From: an uncultured Gammaproteobacteria bacterium
Lineage (GTDB): Bacteria > Patescibacteriota > Microgenomatia > Levybacterales > UBA12049
NCBI GenBank assembly: GCA_964610465.1
Contig: CAZSWA010000005.1
Location: 8,456 to 72,455 of the forward strand
Direction: 5' to 3'
DNA length: 64,000 nt
Shown here piece by piece: positions 46,440 to 58,235 of this stretch (its first letter is position 1; each line of letters begins with the position of its first letter). The translations under genes and the position numbers were made by a program. The notes beneath the pieces were generated by a model. The model saw only the letters and a program-made list of their open reading frames with translations. It was not told the origin of the DNA and did not search any database.

Positions 46440-48176
46440 ATGAATAGGCTTGAATTAATACGAAATTTTGCAATTATTGCCCATATCGATCATGGCAAAT
46501 CAACTTTGTCTGACAGGTTCCTGGAGATTACCAATACAATTCCAAAAGATAAATTACAGGAGCAATTTCTTGATCAAAATATTATCAGTAGAAAACGGGG
46601 AATTACCATAAAGCTCGCACCGGTACGCATGAATTATATTTTTGATGGTCAGACCTATACGCTTAATCTTATCGATACGCCAGGTCATGTTGATTTTTCT
46701 TATGAAGTATCACGGACTCTGGCAGCATGCGAAGGAGTTGTGTTATTGGTAGATGCAACGCAAGGAATTCAGGCGCAAACTGTCGCACATTACTTTGCCG
46801 CCAAAAAAGAAAACCTTGTGATGATACCAGTTATCAATAAAATTGATTTACCAAATGCTCAAACTCAGGCTGTGATAAAAGAGTTGCATGATGTGTTTGG
46901 ATTTGAAGAGGAAGAAATTCTTCTTATCTCTGCCAAAACAGGTGAAAATGCTGAAAAATTATTACAAACTATTATCCATAAAATTCCAGCTCCCAAAGGC
47001 TCAAGTGATGCGCCGTTGCGCGCACTTATTTTTGATGCTGTTTATGATGAGTATAGAGGAGTTATTGCCTATATACGGGTAATTGACGGAGAGGTAAAAA
47101 CGGGAGATAAGATTGAATTTTATCAAAATAACATTGGAGCAGATGTTACAGAAGTAGGTTTTTTTACTCCTTTTTTGAAAAAGTCAGATAGGCTTGCAAC
47201 AGGGGAAATAGGATATATAGTAGCAGGTATAAAAGATATTCGGCAAACAAGAGTAGGAGATACACTTATGCTGCAAAATCATCCTACACAACCTCTGCCA
47301 GGCTACACGACTCCTAAGCCAATGGTTTTTTTTGGTATGTACCCAAAGTCAGCAGATGATTATGTGAGTCTTAAAGAATCTCTTGGGAAACTTACGCTCA
47401 ATGATACCTCGCTTGCTTACACAGATGAGTATTCTGCGTATCTGGGAAGCGGCTTTCGGGTCGGATTCTTGGGATTGCTACATGCTGAGATTATAAAAGA
47501 ACGGCTCAAACAGGAGTTTGGATTGGATTTACTTTTGACTATGCCACAAGTACTCTATGAGAGGAAAGACGGTGAGAGAATATTTGAACCATATATGATG
47601 TTGCATATTTATACCCCAAAGGAGTATGTAGGAGGTATTATGACAGTTTGTCAAAAAAGAAAAGGAATGCTTATTGATATGGCTTATCATGATACCTATG
47701 CAGTACTTTCATATGAAATTCCTTACACAATGTTTATTAGAGGACTCGCTGCAGAACTAAAATCCATATCAGCCGGATTTGCCAGTATTGATTATGAACT
47801 TACGGACTATAAAGAAGCAGATCTGGTTTCTCTTGAAATTCGTATCAATGACAATCCAATTGATGTATTATCTGAACTTGTGTATAGGGATGAAGCAGCA
47901 TATATTGCCCGTATAAAAGCGACCAAATTAAAAGAAGTATTGCCGCGGCAACAGGTACGTCAGATTATTCAAGCATTGGTGAATAATACTATTGTTGCTA
48001 GAGAAGAAATTCCGCCATTTCGAAAAGACGTATTAGCCAAAATGAGCGGAGGAGATAGAACACGGAAAGATAAGCTACTTGAAAAACAGAAAAAAGGCAA
48101 AGCCAAAATGCAATCAACTGCAAAAGTATCATTACCGCAAGAGGCACTGTTTTCTTTGATTAGTGATTCTAAGTAA
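46440..48176 (+). CDS. lepA: Elongation factor 4 (LepA)
   Basis: IRNFAIIAHIDHGKSTLSDR, NLIDTPGHVDFSYEVSR, GFRVGFLGLLH, RKDVLAK..GGD.TRK.KLLEKQKKGK. Confidence 0.96.
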   Translation: MNRLELIRNFAIIAHIDHGKSTLSDRFLEITNTIPKDKLQEQFLDQNIISRKRGITIKLAPVRMNYIFDGQTYTLNLIDTPGHVDFSYEVSRTLAACEGVVLLVDATQGIQAQTVAHYFAAKKENLVMIPVINKIDLPNAQTQAVIKELHDVFGFEEEEILLISAKTGENAEKLLQTIIHKIPAPKGSSDAPLRALIFDAVYDEYRGVIAYIRVIDGEVKTGDKIEFYQNNIGADVTEVGFFTPFLKKSDRLATGEIGYIVAGIKDIRQTRVGDTLMLQNHPTQPLPGYTTPKPMVFFGMYPKSADDYVSLKESLGKLTLNDTSLAYTDEYSAYLGSGFRVGFLGLLHAEIIKERLKQEFGLDLLLTMPQVLYERKDGERIFEPYMMLHIYTPKEYVGGIMTVCQKRKGMLIDMAYHDTYAVLSYEIPYTMFIRGLAAELKSISAGFASIDYELTDYKEADLVSLEIRINDNPIDVLSELVYRDEAAYIARIKATKLKEVLPRQQVRQIIQALVNNTIVAREEIPPFRKDVLAKMSGGDRTRKDKLLEKQKKGKAKMQSTAKVSLPQEALFSLISDSK

Positions 48177-48204
48177 TAATCTATTTCTTCTGTGAAAGCA
48201 TTAA

Positions 48205-48322
48205 AGAGTGCAAAACATAAAATACAATGTGCAAAAAACAACTAAAAAATTTAAAGCAAATTTCATTAAATTCAAACTTTTTGTTTTAAATTTTAAACTG
48301 TAGTTTTTCGCTTTACGCTTAT
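48205..48322. repeat. A-rich/T-rich degenerate inverted repeat between convergent genes
   Basis: A-rich periodic left half (gtgcaaaacataaaatacaatgtgcaaaaaac) and T-rich right half (ttttaaactgtagtttttcgctttacgctt). Confidence 0.35.
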
Positions 48323-48323
48323 T

Positions 48324-49535
48324 TTAGAAGATAAAGAAGAGTAATCCTCCGCCCAAGATAAGAATTGCTGCAAGTGTTCCAGCTCCCAGTGCTACGTCAG
48401 ATGAACCAGTCGGTGCTAAAGTTGGGGAGGGATTAATATTTCCTGAACTACTGCCAGTGTTGCTTCCATTATTGTTACCTCCTGCAATAATAGTAGGTTG
48501 TGGACCTCCTGATGCGGGAGTTGGTGTGTTAGTTGAAGTGACTGTTACTGTTTGTTTACATGACGTAGAATTACTAAGATTGCCCGCGTTATCTGTTAGC
48601 ACAGCAGATACTTGATAGGTACCTCCATTTTGATAGGTATGAGCAGCTTGTGCATTTACTGAGTTGGATCCAACTCCGCCTGAATCAGTTACATCTACTG
48701 TTTGACCGTCACCGAAGTTAAATGTCACTTTATTAATAACACCTGTCGTACTTGTTCCATTTGCAGTTGTGGTAATTGAGAAAGGTGCAGGTCCTGAAGT
48801 AGAAGGATTGATTGCAAGATTACTACAAACAGGAGGCGTGCCGGTACCCCCGCCACCAGTTGGTACAGGAGTTGAAGTTGGAAAATTTTGTGTAGGAATT
48901 GGAATTGGTGTACTGGTAGGAGTCGGTACGCCTCCTGATGGAGTTGGCGTTGAGAAATTATCTGTAATTAAGATATACGCAGGATTTGCAGTTGAAAGTA
49001 CATTCTCACTGAACGTATCAGATGAACCAATAGAGAGCACTTCAGTATTTGGACTCGGGCCGAAAGTTACTTGTGAAGGAGTATCTGCAGGAGTTGCTGC
49101 AAGAGCTATAAGCGTTAATGTTCCTGCTTTGGCTATTTGTTGAATAGCCTTTGTTGGGTCTGAGCCAACAGAAAGCGTTAAATCAATTTTTCCTTGAGAA
49201 TAAAATGGTCCAGAAACTGTCGGAAAGACAGCGGTATTGGCTACAAAGCCATTGGCACTTGCAGTTGCAAATTTATCAGAATTATAATTAATTTCCAATT
49301 TTACAAATGAAACTAAATTTTGTCCTGGATTTATCATAATATCCAGAGGAATAACATCTGATACCTTATGTTGCAATGGATTTGTTTGACTAGAGTCAGG
49401 GGTAATTGAAATTGTCGTTGATTTTTGGGCTCGGCTTCGTATCTCTTGCTGTTGCTGCAGAAAATAAAGAGTGATAGGTATACCTACCAGAAGCACCAGG
49501 ATAAATCCAAACAAAAATAATCTTTTAATACTCAT
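48324..49535 (-). CDS. Surface protein: cohesin-like domain, PT linker, PKD domain, C-terminal LAPTG plus hydrophobic tail
   Basis: N-terminal TM + QQQQEIRSRA; FNFGDG...AHTY...GTYQVSAVLTD PKD motif; ends PTLAPTGSSDVALGAGTLAAILILGGGLLFFIF. Confidence 0.8.
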   Translation of the reverse strand: MSIKRLFLFGFILVLLVGIPITLYFLQQQQEIRSRAQKSTTISITPDSSQTNPLQHKVSDVIPLDIMINPGQNLVSFVKLEINYNSDKFATASANGFVANTAVFPTVSGPFYSQGKIDLTLSVGSDPTKAIQQIAKAGTLTLIALAATPADTPSQVTFGPSPNTEVLSIGSSDTFSENVLSTANPAYILITDNFSTPTPSGGVPTPTSTPIPIPTQNFPTSTPVPTGGGGTGTPPVCSNLAINPSTSGPAPFSITTTANGTSTTGVINKVTFNFGDGQTVDVTDSGGVGSNSVNAQAAHTYQNGGTYQVSAVLTDNAGNLSNSTSCKQTVTVTSTNTPTPASGGPQPTIIAGGNNNGSNTGSSSGNINPSPTLAPTGSSDVALGAGTLAAILILGGGLLFFIF

Positions 49536-49697
49536 ATAATTTGGTACTCTTTTTTATCGTATAGAAGAAAAATAGATGTGTCAAGCCTTATTGCAGATGT
49601 TCACCCTTCTTAGACACAAAATGATAGATGTAAGATAGAGTAAAGGAGATAAAAATTTTGCCAATTTAGAATAAAAGAAGAGTTTAACTATAGGTTA

Positions 49698-49754
49698 TTG
49701 ACAAGACTAACATACTTGTTGTATAAATTAGCAGAAGAAACATGTAAGTGATTA
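49698..49754 (+). promoter_or_regulatory. groES promoter followed by a degenerate CIRCE-like operator
   Basis: TTGACA...TATAAA, then TTAGCAGAA-N9-AAGTGATTA (consensus TTAGCACTC-N9-GAGTGCTAA, 6/9 match in each arm). Confidence 0.55.
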
Positions 49755-49775
49755 CTTAACAATAAATATATTGCT

Positions 49776-51747
<1,972 letters not shown>

Positions 51748-51791
51748 AATTAGTTCTAAGTTCTTAGTTAAAAGCTCTAAGTTTATAATAT

Positions 51792-51813
51792 TCGCTGAGA
51801 GGCGGTTTTTTTT
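51792..51813 (+). terminator. Rho-independent terminator of groESL
   Basis: TCGCT-GAGA-GGCGG hairpin followed by 8 T. Confidence 0.65.
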
Positions 51814-51874
51814 GTGGAAACCATTCAAACAGAAAACTGAATAAGTTACGAAACATATTAGACAATTCATAATT

Positions 51875-52303
51875 ATGGAAAAGATACGTCAGGAATTGAG
51901 AGAACCTGTCAGGCAAGAAGATGGATTAGGATGCGCAGTTGCTTCTACAGCATTTGTGCTTGGAATTCCATATCAAGAAGCACTAAAACTTTTCAAAGAC
52001 GATGAAAGACGGGTAAAGGAAGAAGCTAACTTCTATTGTCCTGAGTTAGTGAGTATTTTAAATAGTCAAGGTTTACAGTATTCATGGAAAAAACTTGAAG
52101 AGAGTGATACCCAAATTATTAACAAAGACTTTACAATTATATTTATTGATACATCTCCTCAATACCCATTTGGTCACTTTTTGGCAAGATATAAAAATAA
52201 ATGGATGGACCCTTGGATAAATTTACCTGACTCAAAAATAGCAGCAGGATTTAGAGAAGAGCTACCTGGAAAACCTACTTATGCAGTATTCAAGAGTAAG
52301 TAA
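51875..52303 (+). CDS. Putative papain-fold (C39-like) cysteine peptidase
   Basis: Q-x5-C (QEDGLGCAVAS), GHF and WMDP in C39-like order. Confidence 0.6.
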   Translation: MEKIRQELREPVRQEDGLGCAVASTAFVLGIPYQEALKLFKDDERRVKEEANFYCPELVSILNSQGLQYSWKKLEESDTQIINKDFTIIFIDTSPQYPFGHFLARYKNKWMDPWINLPDSKIAAGFREELPGKPTYAVFKSK

Positions 52304-52325
52304 CCATTAAAGACAATGTGAATTG

Positions 52326-53993
52326 TTATGGATTGATTCTGTTGCCGTCGATAATTTCTCCACTCTTGGATAGAATTTCTCTCCAGTTTCCTAGTTTGCG
52401 AAGAACCAGAATATAGGTTTGGGCTTCTTTTACGTTGAAAAGCCAAGTGAGGAAAAGATAAAGTATAAGTCCGGCAAAGCTTGAAATGCCGGTCAGGAAA
52501 ATAAGATTGATGGTGCGGGTTGTATCAAATACTAATTTATCCAAAAGTTTAAGAGGAATATAAAGAGCAAAGGCAGTAAAGAAGGATGAAACAAAAAATT
52601 TCCCCCAGGATGAAAGAAGAGCAAGTTTATCAAATCCTCCAATTTTTTTGCCAAGTAAAATAACGAGTACTAAAAGCTGTATCATGCTCGCAAGAGAGTA
52701 AGCAATCGCAAGGCTTTCAATTCCCATATGAGAGAGGAGTATAAAAATATATGCTAAAATAAGCATGAGTATCGTTGAGATTATGCCAACGATAAAAGGA
52801 AGTTTCGTATCATGGAGCGCATAGAATGCGCGAAGAAGTAACGCTATAAGCGCCTGCGCAAAGATAGATACACTGAAAAACGCTAATGTCCTGCCGGTTA
52901 CTACTGTTGCAGCCCAGTCAAATTTTTCCGCTCCAAACACAAGACGAACTAGAGGAATACGTAAAACTAATATCAAGACAGATATTGGTAAGACAAGATA
53001 CAACATTTGATTGAAGCTATTGATAAAAGTAGTTTTGAATTCCTGAGGTTTGTCTTTCTCACGGGCAAGTACTGGAAATGCCGCTTGAGCTATCGTTTGT
53101 CCAAATAACGCAACAGGAGCAAATGCCAAAGTTTGGGCAAAATCAAATAACACATTCATACGTCCAGGTGATGGAAGAAAAGAAATAAATGAAGCGATGG
53201 CAATAGTTCCAAACTGGAATACTATTATAGAAAGCGTTCTTGGCCACATCAGTTTTCCGATTTTTTTCACACCAGGAGAGCTTATACTATCCATAGAAAA
53301 TTTCAAACGGAATCCTACTTTTGTTGCAAGCGGAATTTGAATAATTACAAAAATTAATGCACCAAGGATAGTTCCAATTGCTGCAGAATATATTCCAAGC
53401 ATTGATGAAAAAAGAAGTACCCCTAAAATAATGCCTGGATTATAAAGTGCTAAAGCGATCCCTGGTATAAAAAAGTGATTATATGATTGAAGAAGTGCGG
53501 TAAAGAAAGTTCCTACAATAAAAAGCATTTGGCCAATGATAATAATGCGCATAAGGTTCACCATCATGTTCATATCATGGTGTGAAAAGTTAGCGCCGAG
53601 ATTGAATATCTGAAGGAAGAACTGGGCAAAAATACAAAGGATAAGCGAGAGTGCCATAAATATGACAAGACCTACAAAAAGCAACGTTGATGCCATTTTA
53701 TGTGCTTCTTCTTCTTTTCCTTTGGCAAGATATTCTGAGAATACAGGAATAAAGGCAGAAGATAAGGCAGCCGCGATAGTCAGTTGAAATATGGCATCAG
53801 GAAGCCTGAATGCATAAAAGTAAATACCAAGCGTATTTGACGCACCAAAAATTCCAACAAGTAATCTTTGACGAACCAGGCCAAGCAGTTGGGAAAGGAT
53901 AACAGTCGCCATGATGACGAAAGCAGCTGAAAGGATATTCGTTTGCCGCTTCGTAATCAAATCAAGGCTTTTTTTTAAGAAGTCAGTAGGCAT
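52326..53993 (-). CDS. murJ: Lipid II flippase MurJ (MviN)
   Basis: SQLLGLVRQR, AFRLPD, LSSAFIPVF, RAFYALHDTKLP; many TM helices. Confidence 0.95.
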   Translation of the reverse strand: MPTDFLKKSLDLITKRQTNILSAAFVIMATVILSQLLGLVRQRLLVGIFGASNTLGIYFYAFRLPDAIFQLTIAAALSSAFIPVFSEYLAKGKEEEAHKMASTLLFVGLVIFMALSLILCIFAQFFLQIFNLGANFSHHDMNMMVNLMRIIIIGQMLFIVGTFFTALLQSYNHFFIPGIALALYNPGIILGVLLFSSMLGIYSAAIGTILGALIFVIIQIPLATKVGFRLKFSMDSISSPGVKKIGKLMWPRTLSIIVFQFGTIAIASFISFLPSPGRMNVLFDFAQTLAFAPVALFGQTIAQAAFPVLAREKDKPQEFKTTFINSFNQMLYLVLPISVLILVLRIPLVRLVFGAEKFDWAATVVTGRTLAFFSVSIFAQALIALLLRAFYALHDTKLPFIVGIISTILMLILAYIFILLSHMGIESLAIAYSLASMIQLLVLVILLGKKIGGFDKLALLSSWGKFFVSSFFTAFALYIPLKLLDKLVFDTTRTINLIFLTGISSFAGLILYLFLTWLFNVKEAQTYILVLRKLGNWREILSKSGEIIDGNRINP

Positions 53994-54044
53994 GGGAAGT
54001 TCAGTAATATTGTTTTTTTAAGTATATCATGCTAAAATAACAGA

Positions 54045-54374
54045 ATGCCAGTACTAAAACACGCAAAAAAGAAACTACAACAAGACAAAGCAAGATTGGC
54101 TCGTAATGCAAAAGTAAAGGAGACCTTTAAAGAGCTCGTAAAGAGTGCAAAGGCAAATCCTTCAGCTGATGCTTTGAGTAAGGCATTTAGTGGTCTTGAT
54201 AAAGCAGTAAAAGAGAATGTAATTCATAAAAACAAAGCAGCAAGAATGAAATCATCTCTTTCAAGACTTGTTGCAGGTGCCGGCGTTGAGAAGCGTGAGA
54301 ACAAGACATCTGAGCATAAAACAACTGAAAAGAAAACCAGCAAGAAAGCTAAAACAACTTCTAAAAAGAGCTAA
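54045..54374 (+). CDS. rpsT: 30S ribosomal protein S20
   Basis: AKKKLQQD..R..RN, LDKAVKENVIHKNKAARMKS; TTGTTT-17-TAAAAT promoter 6 nt before ATG. Confidence 0.95.
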   Translation: MPVLKHAKKKLQQDKARLARNAKVKETFKELVKSAKANPSADALSKAFSGLDKAVKENVIHKNKAARMKSSLSRLVAGAGVEKRENKTSEHKTTEKKTSKKAKTTSKKS

Positions 54375-54421
54375 ATTGACCACCTAAGTTAAAAGCGATA
54401 TAATCTCCTCAAGACTAATCT

Positions 54422-55669
54422 ATGATTGATATAAAAGCCCTAAGAGAGAACCCAAAAATAATAGAACATGCTGCAAAAATTAAAGGTGTGGATATCGATA
54501 TTCAACAAGTCTTAGAGGTAGACCGGAAGTATCAGGAACTTCAGCAAACAATACAAAAACTCCGAGAAGATAGAAACGCAGCAGCAAAAGAACGAGATAT
54601 TGAAAAAGGGAAAGAAATAAAAACACAACTGGACGAAGCAGAGCAGGAACTTCAAGAGATTACCGCACGAAGAAACTTACTTCTTCTTAATATTCCCAAT
54701 TTCCCAAAGCCGGATGTAAAAGTAGGCAAAGATGAATCAGAAAATGATGTCATACGAACCTACAAAACTCCAACCAAATTTGATTTTAATCCCAAAGATC
54801 ATTTAACACTTGGACAAGCCTTAGACATTATTGATGTTGAAAGAGCGACAAAAGTATCGGGAAGCCGTTTTGCATATCTTAAAAATGAAGGAGTGCTTTT
54901 GGAGTTTGCTCTTGTTGAATTTGCACTGCATACATTACTCAAGGAAGGATTTACTCCGATAGTGCCGCCAGTACTTATTAAAAAAGAAATTACAGAAGGG
55001 CTTGGGTATTGGCAAGCTGGGGGAAGTGAAGATTATTTCTGGGTCAACAGCGGTGAGAAAGATGAAGGATTTTATCTTATTGGTACTGCAGAACATGCAT
55101 TAGTTCCGATGTTGAAAGATGAAGTAGTAGATGCTTCCAAAATGCCGCTTCGTTTTGTCGGATTTTCAACTGCGTTTAGACGTGAAGCAGGTTCATATGG
55201 CAAGGATACCAAAGGAATTTTAAGAGTCCATCAATTCGATAAAGTCGAGATGGTTTCCTTTGTTGAGAAGGGAAAAGATGATAGTGAACATGAATTTTTG
55301 TTATCTCTTGAAGAAAAATTATTTAAAGCACTTGATATTCCATATCAGGTTATTAAAATGTGTACCGGTGATTTGGGTTTTCCGGCAGCCCGCAAGTACG
55401 ATATTGAAGCCTGGATGCCTGGACAGAACAAATACAGAGAAGTGACGTCTGTCTCAACAGTTACTGATTTCCAATCAAGAAGATTAAAAATTCGTTATAA
55501 GAAAGAAGGACAAACAGAATTTGTCTATATATTAAATGGCACTGCATTTGCCATAGGACGAACTATTATCGCAATTTTGGAAAACTATCAACAAAAAGAT
55601 GGATCAGTTGAAATTCCCAAAGTGCTGCAAAAATACATTGGCAAAAAAGTAATAAAACCAAAGAGCTGA
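54422..55669 (+). CDS. serS: Serine--tRNA ligase
   Basis: LIGTAE, FRREAGSYGKDTKGILRVHQFDKVE, YREVTS.S, LNGTAFAIGR. Confidence 0.98.
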   Translation: MIDIKALRENPKIIEHAAKIKGVDIDIQQVLEVDRKYQELQQTIQKLREDRNAAAKERDIEKGKEIKTQLDEAEQELQEITARRNLLLLNIPNFPKPDVKVGKDESENDVIRTYKTPTKFDFNPKDHLTLGQALDIIDVERATKVSGSRFAYLKNEGVLLEFALVEFALHTLLKEGFTPIVPPVLIKKEITEGLGYWQAGGSEDYFWVNSGEKDEGFYLIGTAEHALVPMLKDEVVDASKMPLRFVGFSTAFRREAGSYGKDTKGILRVHQFDKVEMVSFVEKGKDDSEHEFLLSLEEKLFKALDIPYQVIKMCTGDLGFPAARKYDIEAWMPGQNKYREVTSVSTVTDFQSRRLKIRYKKEGQTEFVYILNGTAFAIGRTIIAILENYQQKDGSVEIPKVLQKYIGKKVIKPKS

Positions 55670-55733
55670 TTTTCCACAAATATTTCAGATTTGCTGACTT
55701 GCAATTTTTCCCCCTTTATCTCATGATTAATTT

Positions 55734-58235
55734 ATGTCAGGGAAAAACGTTTTCTTAGCTTCCACGTTCTTTGTTTTCGTGCTATTTATTACAGTTTTTA
55801 TTCCTTATACAAAAAGTGTAACGCAAAAATATTTTTCCTTCGCGAGTAATGAGAATACTAACATTCCTATTACTATTACTCCAATCCCAACATTTACAAA
55901 ATTAAATCTAACGAATTTGAATGATATACAAATAAATGAAGACAGACTCAAGAAATATTTAACTGTTGAAGCAGTACTTTTAGGAGTAATAGAGCATATA
56001 AGTTTATATTTTCAGGATTTAAACCATGCTACAACAATTGCATTTGATCCAACACGTTCTTGGATTCCTGCAAGTACGATAAAATCTTACGTCGTTCTTG
56101 AAGCATTTCGCCAAAAACGAGTAGGAATGATTGATTTCAACAATATAATAACGATAAAAGCAGAAAATGTTGTCCCTACTGAACTTGAAACCGATGAATT
56201 TCCTCGTTTGCGTGAAGGTATGCAAGTTACTATCAAACAGCTTGTTGAAGCAATGATCATCCAAAGTGATAATACTGCTTATAATACCTTGCTAGATATT
56301 TTAGATAGAAGAAATATTAATGCAACTCTTCGTAATTTAGGAATAACAGAAACTGTAGTTGGAGAAAAACTCAATCTGGATGATTCGCAGTTCCAGCTAG
56401 ATCTTACAGTACCCGGACGGCAATCCAATACAACAACGGCAAAAGACTTAGCTTCTTTTTTTCATATCTTATATAGTCACGAAGTCCCTGATGCTGATGA
56501 GATTTTAGGAATTTTTAAGCAACAAAAGATTAATAGTATGATTCCCGCTCTTCTTCCTTTTCAAGTAGCTATCGCACATAAAACCGGAGATTGGGCACCT
56601 ATTTATCATGATGGGGGATTAGTATATAAACCTCAGGATCCATTTATACTTGTTATTTTTTCTAATAGTAATGATCCCTCAATTATAGCGAAGCTAGCAA
56701 AAGTTGCATACTATCAGAATGCCGATGCAGTTGGAAAAGATGTCTCATTTCAGACACCACAAAGGAATACAAAAAGTATCTCTTATCAGTATATTCTTGA
56801 TGATACATATAAAAAAGTTTTAGCGGCAAGTACTGTTGTCACTCACAATAGTATTTATACAATTCAACCTGGTGATAGTTTGTGGGATATCTCAAACAAA
56901 TTTTACAATACCGGAGATAGATGGGATGATATTGCAAAGCGTAATTATATTACCGACCCACTTAATCTTACTCCTGGCCAACGTCTTGTCATTCCTCTTC
57001 TTCAGAATATGACGCAAGTTCCTCAAACTCAAACATTTCCCGACATAACTGCTGCAGATTTAGGTATCACACAGGAAGATGTAAGTACGAGTAATCAAAA
57101 AGCAAATACCATAAGGAGTGCGCTCATTACCCCTAATTCACCGATTTACTGGTTAAAACGGAATTTTGAATCTATGCAATTACACAATGCAAAAACAGAT
57201 AGCGAAAAAATGAAGGTATATTTAGATTTTTCCAGAAATCGATTATCAGAAATAAAAAGAAATTTGCAGGAAAATAATATACAGAACTTAGATATACTCC
57301 TTAACGATTCAGAAGAAAGCCTTCGCCAAGCAGCATTACTTGTACAGAAAGGGAAAGTAAGTGACTTACAAGCATTGAATCTAAAACAGGTAGCTGATCT
57401 CCACTTCTCAGTATTTGCAAACATGCTTTCTCATATTAGTCTTTCCAATAAAGAGAAATATATCGATGAAATATATACCTTTTACTCAAAGGATAAAAAA
57501 GACATCATACCTGTAACAAATACTTCATCTCTTGCAAATCCTTTACAACAAAAACCAGTTATAGGTACAATTAAAGATATAAACGCAAATACTGTTACAT
57601 TACAATTTGATGATGGTACAAGTAAGGAGATGGTAGTTTCAACAGAAACTACTACACGTGATTTTACTAAGCCACGAAGTAATGAAGACCGAGAATTATA
57701 TATAGGACTACGAATAGCAGTCATTGGACAAAAAACAGATGATGCAAAACTATTTCCGCTTATGATTTTAAAAAACATCCCAAAAGAATTACCAGATGAG
57801 CATCAAGGAAAGGTAGTACAAATTGATAAAAGTACTAATAAAATAGAAATTGAAAATAACAATGGATATAAGGAAGATATAAAAATCAATAACAATACTA
57901 TTATTAAATCAAGCGATACAGGAGTTACACTTGATGGTATTAAAGCTGGTTCTCAAGTAACAGTTTTTGGCCAGTTACAGAATACTCAATCGATTAGTCC
58001 CACACAATCTTTATCAAAAGAAACTCAAACTCAAACAGTACCAATAATAAATGCAACTTCTATATCTGTTACTAATAATAGCTCAGGAGCACAAGAAAAA
58101 ACAGTAATTCCTTCCGTCTCTCCTCAACAAAATACCAACCAAGATTCTACCACACATGATGACAATAAAAAGTCAAATAATACGAATAAAAATACTCCAC
58201 CAAGCCAGGTTCAAGAGAAAGGAGAGAAAAAGTGA
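55734..58235 (+). CDS. Class A beta-lactamase-like serine hydrolase fused to LysM and further DUF5667/DUF5666-like domains
   Basis: PASTIK (SxxK), SDN, HKTG; LysM YTIQPGDSLWDIS..FY...W..IA..N; TPNSPIYWLKR helical domain; beta-rich C-terminal repeats; N-terminal TM. Confidence 0.8.
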   Translation: MSGKNVFLASTFFVFVLFITVFIPYTKSVTQKYFSFASNENTNIPITITPIPTFTKLNLTNLNDIQINEDRLKKYLTVEAVLLGVIEHISLYFQDLNHATTIAFDPTRSWIPASTIKSYVVLEAFRQKRVGMIDFNNIITIKAENVVPTELETDEFPRLREGMQVTIKQLVEAMIIQSDNTAYNTLLDILDRRNINATLRNLGITETVVGEKLNLDDSQFQLDLTVPGRQSNTTTAKDLASFFHILYSHEVPDADEILGIFKQQKINSMIPALLPFQVAIAHKTGDWAPIYHDGGLVYKPQDPFILVIFSNSNDPSIIAKLAKVAYYQNADAVGKDVSFQTPQRNTKSISYQYILDDTYKKVLAASTVVTHNSIYTIQPGDSLWDISNKFYNTGDRWDDIAKRNYITDPLNLTPGQRLVIPLLQNMTQVPQTQTFPDITAADLGITQEDVSTSNQKANTIRSALITPNSPIYWLKRNFESMQLHNAKTDSEKMKVYLDFSRNRLSEIKRNLQENNIQNLDILLNDSEESLRQAALLVQKGKVSDLQALNLKQVADLHFSVFANMLSHISLSNKEKYIDEIYTFYSKDKKDIIPVTNTSSLANPLQQKPVIGTIKDINANTVTLQFDDGTSKEMVVSTETTTRDFTKPRSNEDRELYIGLRIAVIGQKTDDAKLFPLMILKNIPKELPDEHQGKVVQIDKSTNKIEIENNNGYKEDIKINNNTIIKSSDTGVTLDGIKAGSQVTVFGQLQNTQSISPTQSLSKETQTQTVPIINATSISVTNNSSGAQEKTVIPSVSPQQNTNQDSTTHDDNKKSNNTNKNTPPSQVQEKGEKK

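Noticed and set aside
55734-56730. Calling this an antibiotic-resistance beta-lactamase
   Set aside because: The fold motifs are shared with DD-peptidases, and the LysM fusion and context favour wall metabolism; activity cannot be read from sequence.
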